A stretch of 63,554 nt of DNA, counting the filler, from Octopus bimaculoides (taxonomy: Eukaryota), in assembly GCF_001194135.2 (NCBI RefSeq). It is 6 parts of 6 records of this genome, joined end to end, with 100 filler letters (N's around TTAATTAATTAA, not from the genome) between each part and the next. Parts side by side here need not be neighbours in the genome. Positions count along the whole stretch, not along the records: positions 1 to 25,948 come from NC_069001.1; 5 more parts are not named here. One strand, given 5' to 3'. Below the pieces are notes generated by a model that searched no databases, was not told the origin of the DNA, and worked only from the letters and a program-made list of their open reading frames with translations. This document shows positions 1 to 12,181 of the stretch, piece by piece. Within the stretch, counting starts at the first letter, position 1; each line of letters begins with the position of its first letter. A program made the translations under genes and the position numbers.

Positions 1-28
<28 letters not shown>

Positions 29-35
<7 letters not shown>

Positions 36-250
36 ATGTGTGTCTGTGTTTGTCCCCCCCCCCAACATCGCTTGACAACCGATGCTGGTGTGTTTACATC
101 CCCTTAACTTAGCGGTTCGGCAAAAGTGACCGATAGAATAAGTACTAGGCTTACAAAGAATAAGTCCTAGGGTCGATTTGCTCGACTAAAAGGTGGTGCT
201 CCAGCATGGCCGCAGTCAAATGACTGAAACAAGTAAAAGAGTAAGAGAGT
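29..250 (+). mobile_element. SINE family A (tRNA-derived, CORE-like centre), 3' half
   Basis: Follows (TA)n. Reads tgtctgtgtttgtcccccc...cttgacaaccgatgctgg...gatagaataagtactagg...ggtgctccagcatggccgcagtcaaatgactgaaacaagtaaaagag, matching the 3' halves of copies at 7778, 19481, 34460-35845 and 40700. Confidence 0.85.
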
Positions 251-731
251 AACGAGAATCAGTGGCATTTAACAACCAACAAGTAACCAACTAACCAACA
301 AACTGACCATTCAACTAATCAAGTTCCTTTACCATCTTTCTACTAGCAAATCAAAACTGCATTGATCTTACCGGTTTGGGAAGTCCTGCAAAACCTATGT
401 TTGCTTTCTCCTGTCTTAGCTCAAACATAAATCATAAGAAACCTATCATTCTTTGAATTTTCAAACAAAGCCAATCAAACTCAGGATAAGATAAATTAAA
501 AATGTTATAAATTTAAGAAAACGAGGAAGATGGATATGTTTTCTGTTTGTGGACATTTTGATTTGAATTTTTTTTCGATTAAACTCAAGAGACAATAATT
601 TAGAAATAAGGAGACATGAGAATTAAAAAAAAAAAAAAATTCACGTTTCCCTCAACAGACATTTTTATTTATCTGAATTCTATAAAGTAAAGACATTATC
701 ATACATATATGTATATTCATATGTATGAATA

Positions 732-950
732 ATGACGTTATATGAGCACACGCATGCATGCAAGGATGCACTCACACACACACACGTATTTATATTTGGT
801 ATTCGTGTACATGTTTATACATATACATTTAGACATACATGCATACAAACACACATATATATGTGTGCGTATATTTATATATATCTATATATATGTTTAT
901 ATACATGTAAATATATATAGGTAAATACATGTAGATATATATGTGTGTGT

Positions 951-991
<41 letters not shown>

Positions 992-1079
992 CATGTGTAT
1001 GTGTGTATGTGTATATATATGTATATACATGCAGATGTGTGTGTGTGTGTGTNNNNNNNNNNNNNNNNNNNNNNNNNNN

Positions 1080-1132
<53 letters not shown>

Positions 1133-1200
1133 AGTATGTACGTATTTATTTATGTAGATATATATTTGTATGTATGTAATGACATTATATGTATTTATTT
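732..1200. repeat. (TA)n/(TG)n/(CA)n microsatellite cluster
   Basis: Dinucleotide runs seen directly; they generate the YIYI/CVCV pseudo-ORFs. Confidence 0.95.
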
Positions 1201-1600
1201 GGATAAATTCTAAAGATGTGTCAGCATTTCAAATGACATTTTCCTCAGACAGAATTTCCTTCATCATTATTATCCCTCCAATCAAATATCTCAGCACAGA
1301 CTTTGAGATTTACTAATTGTTAGATACAAATTGAAAAGAAGTTCTGTAGTGTCGTGTGGTGTGTGGAGAGAACTTGGGTAGGTGTTGCATAGAATCAATC
1401 ATTGTTATCGTTGGAAAGAACCCTGATTTATCGACAAAGCTCGTGGGACTCATAAACAAAATAACATTGTTTTTGTTTGGAATTCTGTGAATAATTTTTT
1501 TTTTTAATTTCAAGCCATTTCCTATTCACAATTATGTACGTAAAGCTGCATTCTCATGTAAATTGTTCTTCAGTCAATGTATATTTATATATGTGTACAT

Positions 1601-1761
1601 ATAGGTGCTGGCATGGGTGTGGTGGCAAGAAACTTGCTTCACAACCACATGGTACCGAGTTCAGTCCCACTGTGGGGCAACTTGTGCAAGTGTTTTCTAC
1701 TATAGCCTTGGGCTGACCAAAGCCTTGTGAGTGGATTTGGTAGATGGAAACTGAAAGAAGT

Positions 1762-1814
<53 letters not shown>

Positions 1815-1857
1815 CTGCATTTGTCCTCCCACCATCATCACTTGAAAACCAGTGTTC
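1601..1857 (+). mobile_element. SINE family A, 3'-truncated and diverged
   Basis: tRNA-like head with B-box-like gagttcagtccc, then ttgtgcaagtgttttctactatagcc...gccttgtgagtggatttggtagatggaaactgaaagaag, (TA)n(TG)n and the start of the 3' half. Confidence 0.85.
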
Positions 1858-2619
1858 CACAACTTTGTGGAGGTCTCTGAGCAGGTATCGCCATGGCAAC
1901 TGTTTCTGTCATGGTCAATGCAACAATCATATGCTACACACCTTCCTTCCAAGCACTGCTGTAAACAGCTTTACTCTGCATGTAATTTACTTCCCCCTCT
2001 CCTCAAAAACAGCTGACCCTGTGCCAGAATTTGAAATCATCATCATCTCTCTTTTGCTATGGAATTATCTTCATTCAGTTTACATCACAACCAGTCACTT
2101 ATTTACATTATCAACTCTTTAGCTCTATATAATCTTCATAAAAACACTTTCCATTCTTCTCTGGTGAAAGATCCTACCTGAATCATTAGAAATTTCTATC
2201 TATTCACAGTTCTCCAAACTCATTCAGTTTTGTGAATGTTATTCAATAGATTTTTGTTGACAGAGATCAGCACTAGTTTTCACTGACTTGAGTGTTTCTC
2301 CTTCTGAATGGTAGTTTGTCGAATAAAAAATATCTAGACTTGATACCCTTTTGTCTTTAGTAAGATTCACTCCTACAAACATTAACATTTATTTGCTGTA
2401 AACAACCCATTATAAGCTACTTTTTTTCTTCACTTGTGTACTTCTCATTTTCTCTTATCGTTTTGCATTCAACTTCATATTAACATCAATGTTTTGAATT
2501 ATGTACCATATTTAATAACCCATAAGAATTACTTTCTTTCTCTTAAAAATGTCTCAGAAAGACCATTCCAAGTCCTATATGCAAAGTTGGGCCTATGTTA
2601 CATACTTTAATGCACTAAA

Positions 2620-2920
2620 ACCATTTTCCCCCGACTATATGCTACTGAAAGTGGGACGCATCTAATACGCCTGTCCCCTCACTGGTTTATCCTTCAGCAA
2701 TGTATGATCATCCCCTTGTCATGGTTTGAGGGGAGTAAAGCAGATGAAGCTAACTGAAGTGTCCAGACGAAGCATGATCCACTTCTCCGCGAGAAAATAT
2801 TATCTTATTTGGAAATGGATAAGGGTTGGCGACAGGAAGAACTTGTTGTCAGAGAAAATCTACTTCAATAAATTCCACCAGATCCATGGAAGCATGAAAG
2901 GATAGACATTAAAATGATGA
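2620..2920 (+). mobile_element. Degenerate RTE-3'-end-related short repeat
   Basis: Ends agggttggcgacaggaag...ccatggaagcatgaaaggatagacattaaaatgatgata, resembling the 3' end of the RTE at 33480-33636. Confidence 0.55.
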
Positions 2921-3980
2921 TAAATATAATTATTTTTTTATTATTAGTGAGAACAATTACAATTTTATTATTGAGAAGAAATACTACTCATAATTTTTCT
3001 TATGAGGTGAGAAATAAATTGTTTTTCCTTCCGTCAGGTATAAACATGAGCAAGAAGATGCAATGCTGGATAGTCAAGAGGCCAAACTGTAATAATAGTT
3101 GTAGAATTTAAATTAACGACCATATAGTCAAAATGTCATCTCTTTAGCCTTGGAGCCATTGTGTCATATTAGAAAAAGAAAAAGAAAAAGAAAAAATCTG
3201 CCTTTCATTAAAGAAAGGCAACAAAAATACATATAAAGCCTTACAAAAATAACTCCAAAAATATATTAAAATACTAAATTATTTTAAAGAATTATAAAAA
3301 AAAACTAATTAGTTTGAAGGCAAAAGAAATCCTATAAAATTCATCTTCAACATTCACTTTTCTTTAACGTTCATCATTAAAAACACAAAGCCAAAAAGTT
3401 CTTTGATGCCGTAAGACATGGCATGGATTAAAATTGAAGGTCTTAACTGTTGTTACATCACTGTTTGTTTCCTAATTGCTCCTGTTCTATAAATGTTGTT
3501 GTCAAGAGCTCCTTTAAGTGAACACCTGCTAATTTTATTTGGAGTGCATCGAGAAACACCAAATGGTCATATCTGATAATGCTTTCTTTTCTCAACTATT
3601 TATAATGGTTGTGTTATGTTTTTTTCTCTGTTTTGTTCCTCCCCACTTCTAGAGGCCATTCTTAAACTTGTAATCTACCTCTACACACTTTAGATTTCAA
3701 AATTCTACTCTATTTCTTCATTTGAGTATTTCTCTTCATGCTTCTCATCTACAAACGCACAAACACATACATGCATGTACATATGCACACATGCACATAC
3801 ACATATTTACGAATGCCTACATACACATGCACACACACATATGCATGCATGTGCGCACATACACACACACGCATGCACACACACACATACACACACATGC
3901 ACGCACGCACACACACATACACACTGTTTATCTTTTTTACTGTTCAACAATTGTCCTTTTTTTTTTTACATACACACACA

Positions 3981-4232
3981 TTAACATGCAAGTGGCTGAG
4001 TACTCAACAGACACAGGTACCCTTAATGTAGTACTCAGGGAGATTCAGCCTGATACAGAGTGCAACAAGGCTGGCCCTTTGAAATACAGGTACAGCTCAT
4101 TGCCAGGTGAGTGAACTGGAGCAACATGAAATAAAGTTTCTTGCTCAAGGGAAGAAGGTGTTACTGGGAATTGAATTCACAACCTTGCGATCATGAGCCA
4201 AATGCTGTAACCCCTAAGCCATGTGCCTTCAC
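3981..4232 (-). mobile_element. SINE family B (tRNA head, central domain, tail 1)
   Basis: Minus strand reads gtgaaggcacatggcttagggg...gtgaattcaattccc...cttgagcaagaaactttatttcatgttgctccagttcactc...gaatctccctgagtactacattaagggtac; homologous to 9843-10072. Confidence 0.8.
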
Positions 4233-4414
4233 ATATATATATATATATATACACATTCACATATACACGTATTCACATGCATAGATGCATGTGAATACGT
4301 GACTGTGTAATATACACATTCGCATATACTCATACATGTATCCATACTTGCACACACACTCCATACACATATGCTTACACAAATACACACACACATACAT
4401 ACGTCCATATACTC

Positions 4415-4963
4415 ATGCTCACACATTCACATATACACAAATACACAAGCATCCATAGACAAACCCACACATGCATCACTCACTCACATACACATACACA
4501 CTTTCACACACACACACACACATATATATACTCATACACACGCTGCTATCTCTATTCTCTCATTCACACATGTTCCTTCCTTAACCTCCTCCTCCTCCTT
4601 CTCCTCCCCTCCCTGCGTCTCTCCTCTCGCTGTCTCTCTCTCTCTCTTTCTTTCTTTGTCTTATCCTTACCATCTCTTCACTTTATCTCTATCCTTATCT
4701 CTCCGTTTCTTTTCTTAACAAAACTTCACACTTTACAAAAATTTCTCTTTCTCCTTTCTATCATCAAAACACTATTCCCCCCCCCCCCAATCACACTTGC
4801 TTCATCTCACTCCTCTTACTTTCCCCCCTCTAACTCACGTCTATTCTCTTTCTACTCCCTCCTCTCCATCTCTTCATATTTTCTTTCTTTTCTGTTCCCT
4901 TTGCTACCCCTTGTTATATATTTGTTTGGCTTGGTAACATTCCTCTTTCTCATCCAGATTTCT
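4415..4963. repeat. (CA)n and CT-rich low-complexity tract
   Basis: Directly visible low-complexity sequence before a gap. Confidence 0.9.
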
Positions 4964-5934
4964 TNNNNNNNNNNNNNNNNNNNNNNNNNNNNNNNNNNNN
5001 NNNNNNNNNNNNNNNNNNNNNNNNNNNNNNNNNNNNNNNNNNNNNNNNNNNNNNNNNNNNNNNNNNNNNNNNNNNNNNNNNNNNNNNNNNNNNNNNNNNN
5101 NNNNNNNNNNNNNNNNNNNNNNNNNNNNNNNNNNNNNNNNNNNNNNNNNNNNNNNNNNNNNNNNNNNNNNNNNNNNNNNNNNNNNNNNNNNNNNNNNNNN
5201 NNNNNNNNNNNNNNNNNNNNNNNNNNNNNNNNNNNNNNNNNNNNNNNNNNNNNNNNNNNNNNNNNNNNNNNNNNNNNNNNNNNNNNNNNNNNNNNNNNNN
5301 NNNNNNNNNNNNNNNNNNNNNNNNNNNNNNNNNNNNNNNNNNNNNNNNNNNNNNNNNNNNNNNNNNNNNNNNNNNNNNNNNNNNNNNNNNNNNNNNNNNN
5401 NNNNNNNNNNNNNNNNNNNNNNNNNNNNNNNNNNNNNNNNNNNNNNNNNNNNNNNNNNNNNNNNNNNNNNNNNNNNNNNNNNNNNNNNNNNNNNNNNNNN
5501 NNNNNNNNNNNNNNNNNNNNNNNNNNNNNNNNNNNNNNNNNNNNNNNNNNNNNNNNNNNNNNNNNNNNNNNNNNNNNNNNNNNNNNNNNNNNNNNNNNNN
5601 NNNNNNNNNNNNNNNNNNNNNNNNNNNNNNNNNNNNNNNNNNNNNNNNNNNNNNNNNNNNNNNNNNNNNNNNNNNNNNNNNNNNNNNNNNNCCGATCCAC
5701 CTTCCTCGCCACCCCTCCCCAACCCCTTCTTCTTCTTCTTTTTCTTCTTCACCACCACGTCCAATGCCAATACATCCGTCCCTTTTTACCTTCAACGAAG
5801 CTCCCTACATCACACCCACCCACCATCTCACCCCATTGCGTAACCCCTTTGCACCTTCACCCCCTACCCATGTACCCACCCCACATCCCAACCCAACACT
5901 GAAAAGCAGGCTCTCCAACTGCATCTTTCTCCCC

Positions 5935-6009
5935 CTCTGTTTCCCTGTCTCTCTCTCTCTCTCTGTGTCTCTGTGTCTCTCTGTGTCTCTGTCTCTCTGT
6001 CTCTCCGTC

Positions 6010-6040
<31 letters not shown>

Positions 6041-6394
6041 GTGTTTCTCTCTCTCTTTCTCTCTCTCTCCCGGCCTCTCAAGCTGGCAAGGTCACTCCAG
6101 TTCATCTGCTTGCAAGCTCCCTTTAGTCGTTCAGCTTGTATACATCCTCATTGTAGTTGTTCCCTTCACACTTCATTAAGCATTCGTTAAGGCAATAATA
6201 AGTCAAATGACATCGACACACTCTGCTGACTACATGTCTCAATGCTGCATCTTTTCTCCTGCAAAGCTGCTGGCTGCATTCATCTCCCTTCCTCCCTAAT
6301 TTATCTTGTCCCTTTGTTAACATCTTCTGACACACCCCTATTAAGATTTTCTCTGAAATTTCATAATCCTATCCTTTCACCTTAGAATAATATC

Positions 6395-6472
<78 letters not shown>

Positions 6473-6820
6473 TCTCTCTCACTCACTCTCTCATTCTCTC
6501 CCTTCTTTACTCTGTCTACATTACTCTCTCTCTCTCTTTCTCTCCTTCTTTCTCTCCCTTTCTTTCTCTTCTTTTTCCCTCCCCTCTTTCTCTCTCTCTT
6601 TCTCTGTGTGTGTGTGTATCAACTATCTCTTTTGCTTTCTATATTTCTTTTTCTTTTTGTCTCTCTCCCTAAAAGTTTCTCCCCCCCCTCTCTCTCTTTC
6701 AATAAGTCCATTTTTATCTTTTTCAATCATTCTCTTTCTCTCTCTTCCTCTCCTTCTTCTCCCTCAGTCTTATTCTCTTTTTTTAATCTTTCTTTCTCTC
6801 TCTCTCCCCCTCTCTCACCT
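5935..6820. repeat. (CT)n/polypyrimidine tracts
   Basis: Long (CT)n runs such as 6400-6490 and degenerate CT-rich sequence. Confidence 0.9.
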
Positions 6821-7777
6821 CTCATTTTCCAGCTCAATTATCTCTGATTACCATTACTCAACTAATAACTCTGTTTCTTCACTCATTACTGCTGCGATTA
6901 CTTGTAATTTTTAAATATTCAGCCATAATTGTTTCACAAACAACTTGCTGGAACCAGCTTTCTTTGTTCTTTAAACACACACACACAAAAAAAATGATAG
7001 AGAAATATGGCAGTCTTTGTCAGTGGTTTAAGACTATGTGTGCATGTTTGTGTGTGTGTTTGTGTGGCTGTGTGTGTGTGGCTGTGTGTGTGTGTGTGCT
7101 TGTTGTGTGCTTCAGAGAAAACACTTCATTTCTTGCAATAAAAATTGAACCAAAAACAAACAAATGATATTTTCTTCCTCTTGTTGACTTTATGTCCATC
7201 CATAGAAAGCAACAATAACAACACCAACAAAAAACAAATACATAGATATATATAAAAAAAACAGACTATTGATTCTTACTTGTATTTTTACCCCATGTCT
7301 ATATCAAACCTTTCCATTATATCTTAAATCATCCAAACAGCATGGAGTTTTGGGGAATCTGGGATTGTTCTTTGCGAGACTAGAAATAAATTTTGAAAGA
7401 TTGAAAAACATAATTTTGGCAAAAATCGGCAAAAAAAACATTTACCAGTCAGAATCACGGGGAGAATGTTTGTGTTGCTAACTCCTGTTGATCTTTTATA
7501 TTAATAGAAATTTGTAGCGGTGTCATTTTATTTGTGAAGTAACAGAATTGGGGATAATCATGGAGTTTTGCTCATTGATACAATATTGCAATCATATTTC
7601 TGTTATTTTACTAATTAGCCCCTCTAATCCTAATCTATCACTAATGGCTAATTTTATGATTTTGCATTGAGGTTTAGGATTCTTTTCAGTGACTCCTTCG
7701 TTACTAAAAGATCTTTTACACTGAGAATTATATTGGGTTTTCAAATGGTATTTCTGTAGATGGTTGAAGCTTTTCAT

Positions 7778-8200
7778 GATTGTGTGGTAAGAAGCTTGTT
7801 TCCCAACCACTTGGTTCTAGATTCAGTCCCACTGTGTGGCACCTTGGGCAAGTGTCTTCTACTATAGCCTCGGGCAGACCAAAGCCTTGTGAGTGGATTT
7901 GGTATACAGAAACTGGAAGAAGCCCATTGTATATATATATATGTATGTGTACGTGTGTGTGTGTGCATGCGTGTGTCTTTGTGTCTGTGTTTGTTCCCAC
8001 CACTGCTTGACAACCGGTGTTGGTATGTTTACATCCCCATAACTCGATGGTTTGGCAAAAAGAGTCCGATAGAGCAAGTACCAGGCTTAAAATATTAATA
8101 AGGAGTGGGGGTGATTCATGTGATTAATTTTCTTCAAGGCAGTGCTCCAGCATGGTCACAATCCAATGACTGAAACAAGTAAAAGATAAAAGATAAAAGA
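7778..8200 (+). mobile_element. SINE family A, near full length
   Basis: Head tgtgtggtaagaagcttg...gattcagtccc, CORE-like accttgggcaagtgtc, internal (TA)n(TG)n, and 3' tail tgactgaaacaagtaaaagataaaagataaaaga. Confidence 0.9.
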
Positions 8201-9663
8201 GCCACATGGTTCCTCTGGGTGGTAATTTGATCACACGCATTCTGCTATGGCCCTAGGCCAACCCAAACCTGGCTGAGTACTTTAGAAGTTCACTTTGTAA
8301 ACATACGATACTGACTTTGATTCCACAGCTATCTTGGACAAGTATCTTTGCTATCCCTTCAAATTCAGTTTAGCTTTAGGAATGAAAATAGTTAGGTGGA
8401 AAATGAGAGAAGCCCTATTGGATGGATTGTTCCTGTAACTCAAAGGCCCAGATTTGCAACTCTGCATCATGCTGATTTCTACTGGAGATATTCATTAAGG
8501 TTACATCTCTTCGGAATATTCAGCCACTTTGCTCACTAATTCAATGTAATATTTGTGCTCAGTTAATACAGAAACTGTTTAAACATTTGTCTAAACCAGT
8601 GAGATAGTCCATTGTCATTTATGCATGTATGTATGTATATAAGTGTGTATGGATGCATGTATGCATGTATGTATGTACGGATGTGTGCATGTATGTATGT
8701 ACATGTGTGTGTTTATACACACACACGCATGCATGCATGCATGCTTTGATATTAGTTTCTATATATATATTTTTTTTTTTATTTTGCTTTTGTCCTCGCT
8801 GCTTTGCATCCATTTTCCATGTTTGTGCTGATAGGAATGGTTTATTTGCTTTTAATTTCCCTTCCCATTATTGCAAAGCACCTTACTACGACAGCGAAGT
8901 AGGAAGCGGTACCTGTTTTCCATTCAGTCAAGTAAATTAGAGTGATTATTGTAATACACCTTGAATACAGAACAAGGAGATATTAGTCTTTGGCTAACAT
9001 ATGAGAGCAGACGAGAGTAACATATTAAACTTTGGATAATATAAATCATCAAGTCCAGCTCACAAGTAATTGTGTATCACTATCGCTACCCTCACTACTT
9101 TACATCAATAACAATGGACATCAATATGGCGTGCACTTGTGGCTAAACAATAAAGAATAGACAGTCATATGTGATGACAGGTTATTAGATGTTCTGACAT
9201 ACATCAAAGTTGAAATCGTTAGAAAGGTTTTAATGAGATCATTTCAGGTTTCTTAATTAGCTGTGCATTTATTTGTTCAGTCATTCCTACGTTTGTATTT
9301 AAGTTGTTTTCCTATGCTAGTCTTGGTTACAGAAATATGTTGTCGAGGCATTGCTTTACAGCAGGATGCTTTTCCTGTCACCAACCCTTACCTGGATTTT
9401 TTTGAGTAAAGGATCTCTTATTTATGCCACACGTCTTTGAAGGTGCAAACTCAGCAGATGACTGGTTGGCAGAGGAGAATGACAACAATGTCGCCATTTA
9501 TAGCCCGGTAATTCTTGAAAATACATAAATACAAACACAGACACATGTGTGCACCACACACACGCACAAGGAGCTTATTTCAGTTTCTCTCTACCATATG
9601 GTGTAGTGGTTAAGAGCACGGGCTACTAACACCAAGATTTTGAGTTCGATTCCAGACAGTGAA

Positions 9664-9666
<3 letters not shown>

Positions 9667-9700
<34 letters not shown>
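9667..9700. repeat. (TAA)n microsatellite inside the family H element
   Basis: About 11 TAA units; a shorter equivalent lies in the copy at about 23385-23401. Confidence 0.95.
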
Positions 9701-9703
<3 letters not shown>

Positions 9704-9750
9704 TAGAAAAATACCTTAGGAATGAGAACTCAGGTTCAAAATTTCCTCAA

Positions 9751-9796
9751 GACATCTGATGAAGGCTGGAGGGTATATCAGCCGAAACATTGTGTT
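9751..9796 (+). ncRNA. Minimal type I hammerhead-ribozyme-like motif
   Basis: GACAU-CUGAUGA-A-GGCUG(gagggtatat)CAGCC-GAAAC-AUU-GUGUU. Conserved core, 5-bp stem II and stem I GACAU/GUGUU. The ACGU stem-III palindrome of the 23.3 kb copy reads ACAU here. Confidence 0.55.
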
Positions 9797-9842
9797 AGCA
9801 ACAAACAAGACGAGGACAAATATCCATTGAATGTAAATAATG

Positions 9843-10072
9843 GACCTTATTTCATGTTGCTTCAGTCCACTCAGCTGGCAAAGACAAGTCGTACCTGTAA
9901 GTAAAAGGGCCAACATTGTCACATTCTGTGTCACACTGAATCTCCCTGAGAACTACGTTAAGGGGATGCTTGTCTGAGGAGTGCTCAGTCACTTGCACAT
10001 TAATTTCAAGAGCAGGCTGCCCCATTGATCAGATCAGCTGGAACCCTTGTCATCATAACTGATGGAGTGCCA
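9843..10072 (+). mobile_element. SINE family B, headless fragment
   Basis: ttatttcatgttgcttcagtccactcagctggc...gaatctccctgagaactacgttaaggg...tgatggagtgcca; homologous to 3981-4232. Confidence 0.75.
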
Positions 10073-11953
10073 ATTTATTTCCTCCATTCCTCTTTATTTG
10101 TTTATTTATTTATTTACTTTTAGTTTATTTATTTTTGCTGGGGTGAGAAGAGTGGGTGGGCATGGCAGCAACAAGGCTTTGATTAAGATCTGAAAAATGA
10201 GGTCTGAACTCAGATCACTGAATAACCAAATCTATTTTATTGAGCTTGGCAGTTTCTTTACAAAAAGGGTCGATGCCCTCTGAATTATGATGAAGAGATA
10301 CACGATAAAGTAATTCTGTGAAGAGACTCAAGTCTTTTTCGAAGTACTTCAGAGTTGTGGACGAAGTGAAACCTTCCGCCTCTTTAAATAAGAACTGTAT
10401 CAAACTAAATCACAGCTCAGTGGATATTTATCCTGCTCACGTCGATTGTTTGGTCACCACTAATTCTTTTAAATACAGCAAAAAGAAATAATGATAATAA
10501 TAATAATAGAATAAAAGATCCACAAAAGCAATCAAACAAAATACAAAAACATAAAAAAAAAAAAAACTCGTATGTTTATGGAGTGAAATGAAAATGCGAT
10601 GGTGATAGGTGATGAAATAAAGAGTAAACAGCAGAAAGATAACAAAAGCCCGGGTTGAAATGAAATAGAAATGTTTACTAAGTAAATGTAAAAAAAAAAA
10701 AGGTACTGGAAATATTTGTTGATTGTGGAAGTGTAAAGAAATGGGGTGATGCTATTATCTCCGGATTGTTCTATGTTTGACCTGTAAAGCAATGGAATGG
10801 TAAATAATGGGCATTGCTACTGCTTATTGTTGTTCTTATTAGTGTTGTTCTATTCAAATATGCCTCACTACTAGTCTGGCACAATTATTATCATTATTGT
10901 TATCATTACTATTATTATCATTATTATTATTGTTATATAAAGAAGCAGTTGAAGAAATTGGTTTTATATCACTTCAATTGAATTTCCGCTATGTTGTTAC
11001 TGGTAAGATTGGTAACAACATCATTGTGTTTCTTTTGGCTTAATTTTTTTTTTTTTTTTGGTAAATTTTGATTATATTTTATATCGTATACTTCATTTTT
11101 TATTATATTTTGTTATTTTCGTAGTAAAAATAAGCAAAAAAAAAAAAAACTGTAATTTTTAGAGAAAAGGGCTTTTTCTTTTGGTTACTTTTAGAAGTTA
11201 GGTGATAACGTTGAAGAGGCAAAGAAAAATATGTTGTGATTGTGTGGTTAATTTTACTATGATGGGATTTACTGAGGTGGAGACAGCATCGGAGTACAAA
11301 TCAGTATAACCATAGTATTTATGATGGTGTTTACAAATGCGTGCGTGTGGTGTGACAACATTAATATGTATTTGGTGATGGCACTGGTGGTAGTAATGGT
11401 AATATTGATGGATTATAGTGAATTTAACTGGCAGTGATATCTCTGATTGATGCTGATTACAATAGACTTACTCTTATGATAGCAGTAGTATTGGTGGTGG
11501 TGGTGGTAGTGGTAGTAATGTTAATTTTGGCTCTGATCATGCTAATACTTTTCCACCTTATGTATGTGCCGACAATATTTTAATTGAGTCATCAGAATTT
11601 CTGTTTGATGTCAGCTAAGTCTGAGTTAATAAAATGGAATTGAAAGTGTGCTTCTGTGTGTGTGTGTGTGTGTGTGTGTGAAATACTGAAATATTGAAGG
11701 ATGTAGAGACTCCAATTGAAGTGTTAGGTGTGATAATCTTTGAAGTGAATTGACAGGATAGATGTGATGTAATATGGTGGAGTAAAGTAGGAAGAACATT
11801 TCAACAAATGGTTCTTTAATACTGGAAATATTAAATTCTTCTGATTTAACTACTCTGATATCCTTTGATAGAACACATCAGATGAGACTAAATACAACTG
11901 TAAGGTCACATCCAGTGTTAAAGAAACAAAGAACATAACTCTTATTTTGGGAC

Positions 11954-12181
11954 CAGTGGTTCCTAACCATTTTTATGCCCCACACTCTTGGGAAATGTTG
12001 GTGATGAATTTTTGCATTTCTACAAAAATGACTGCCATTGATTTTACAATTATTTAGAGACATTAAAAAATCAAACAATTTAATGTCTTTTGTAAATGAT
12101 TGAAATGTTTGGTTAGTATGGTGGTGACCCCCTGCAAAAGGGAACGTATGTAACGATTGCTGTAAAAAAAAAGGGTTACTG
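11954..12181. mobile_element. Possible decayed hAT-type MITE
   Basis: Starts cagtggttcctaaccattttt, like hAT TIRs of the CAGTGGTTCCCAAC type. The right end aaaaaaagggttactg is only a degenerate match and no 8-bp TSD is found. Confidence 0.3.

Larger units (their letters stand above)
9595..9842 (+). mobile_element. tRNA-headed short element with hammerhead-like motif (family H)
   Basis: catatggtgtagtggttaagagc (A-box-like)...gagttcgattcc (B-box), (TAA)n spacer, then a body homologous to the minus-strand copy at 23235-23476. Confidence 0.8.

Noticed and set aside
6123-6335. Cysteine-rich 70-aa minus-strand ORF
   Set aside because: No recognisable cysteine spacing or splice support; length is compatible with chance.
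9595-9665. tRNA gene (also 23402-23476, 62174-62235 and the SINE A heads)
   Set aside because: Acceptor stems are not intact and each is fused to a repeated body, so these are SINE-type heads.
11872-11952. Ig-domain-like peptide NTSDETKYNCKVTSSVKETKNITLIL
   Set aside because: Only a D-x3-Y-x-C resemblance; no donor site, no preceding Ig strands, and it runs into a possible MITE.
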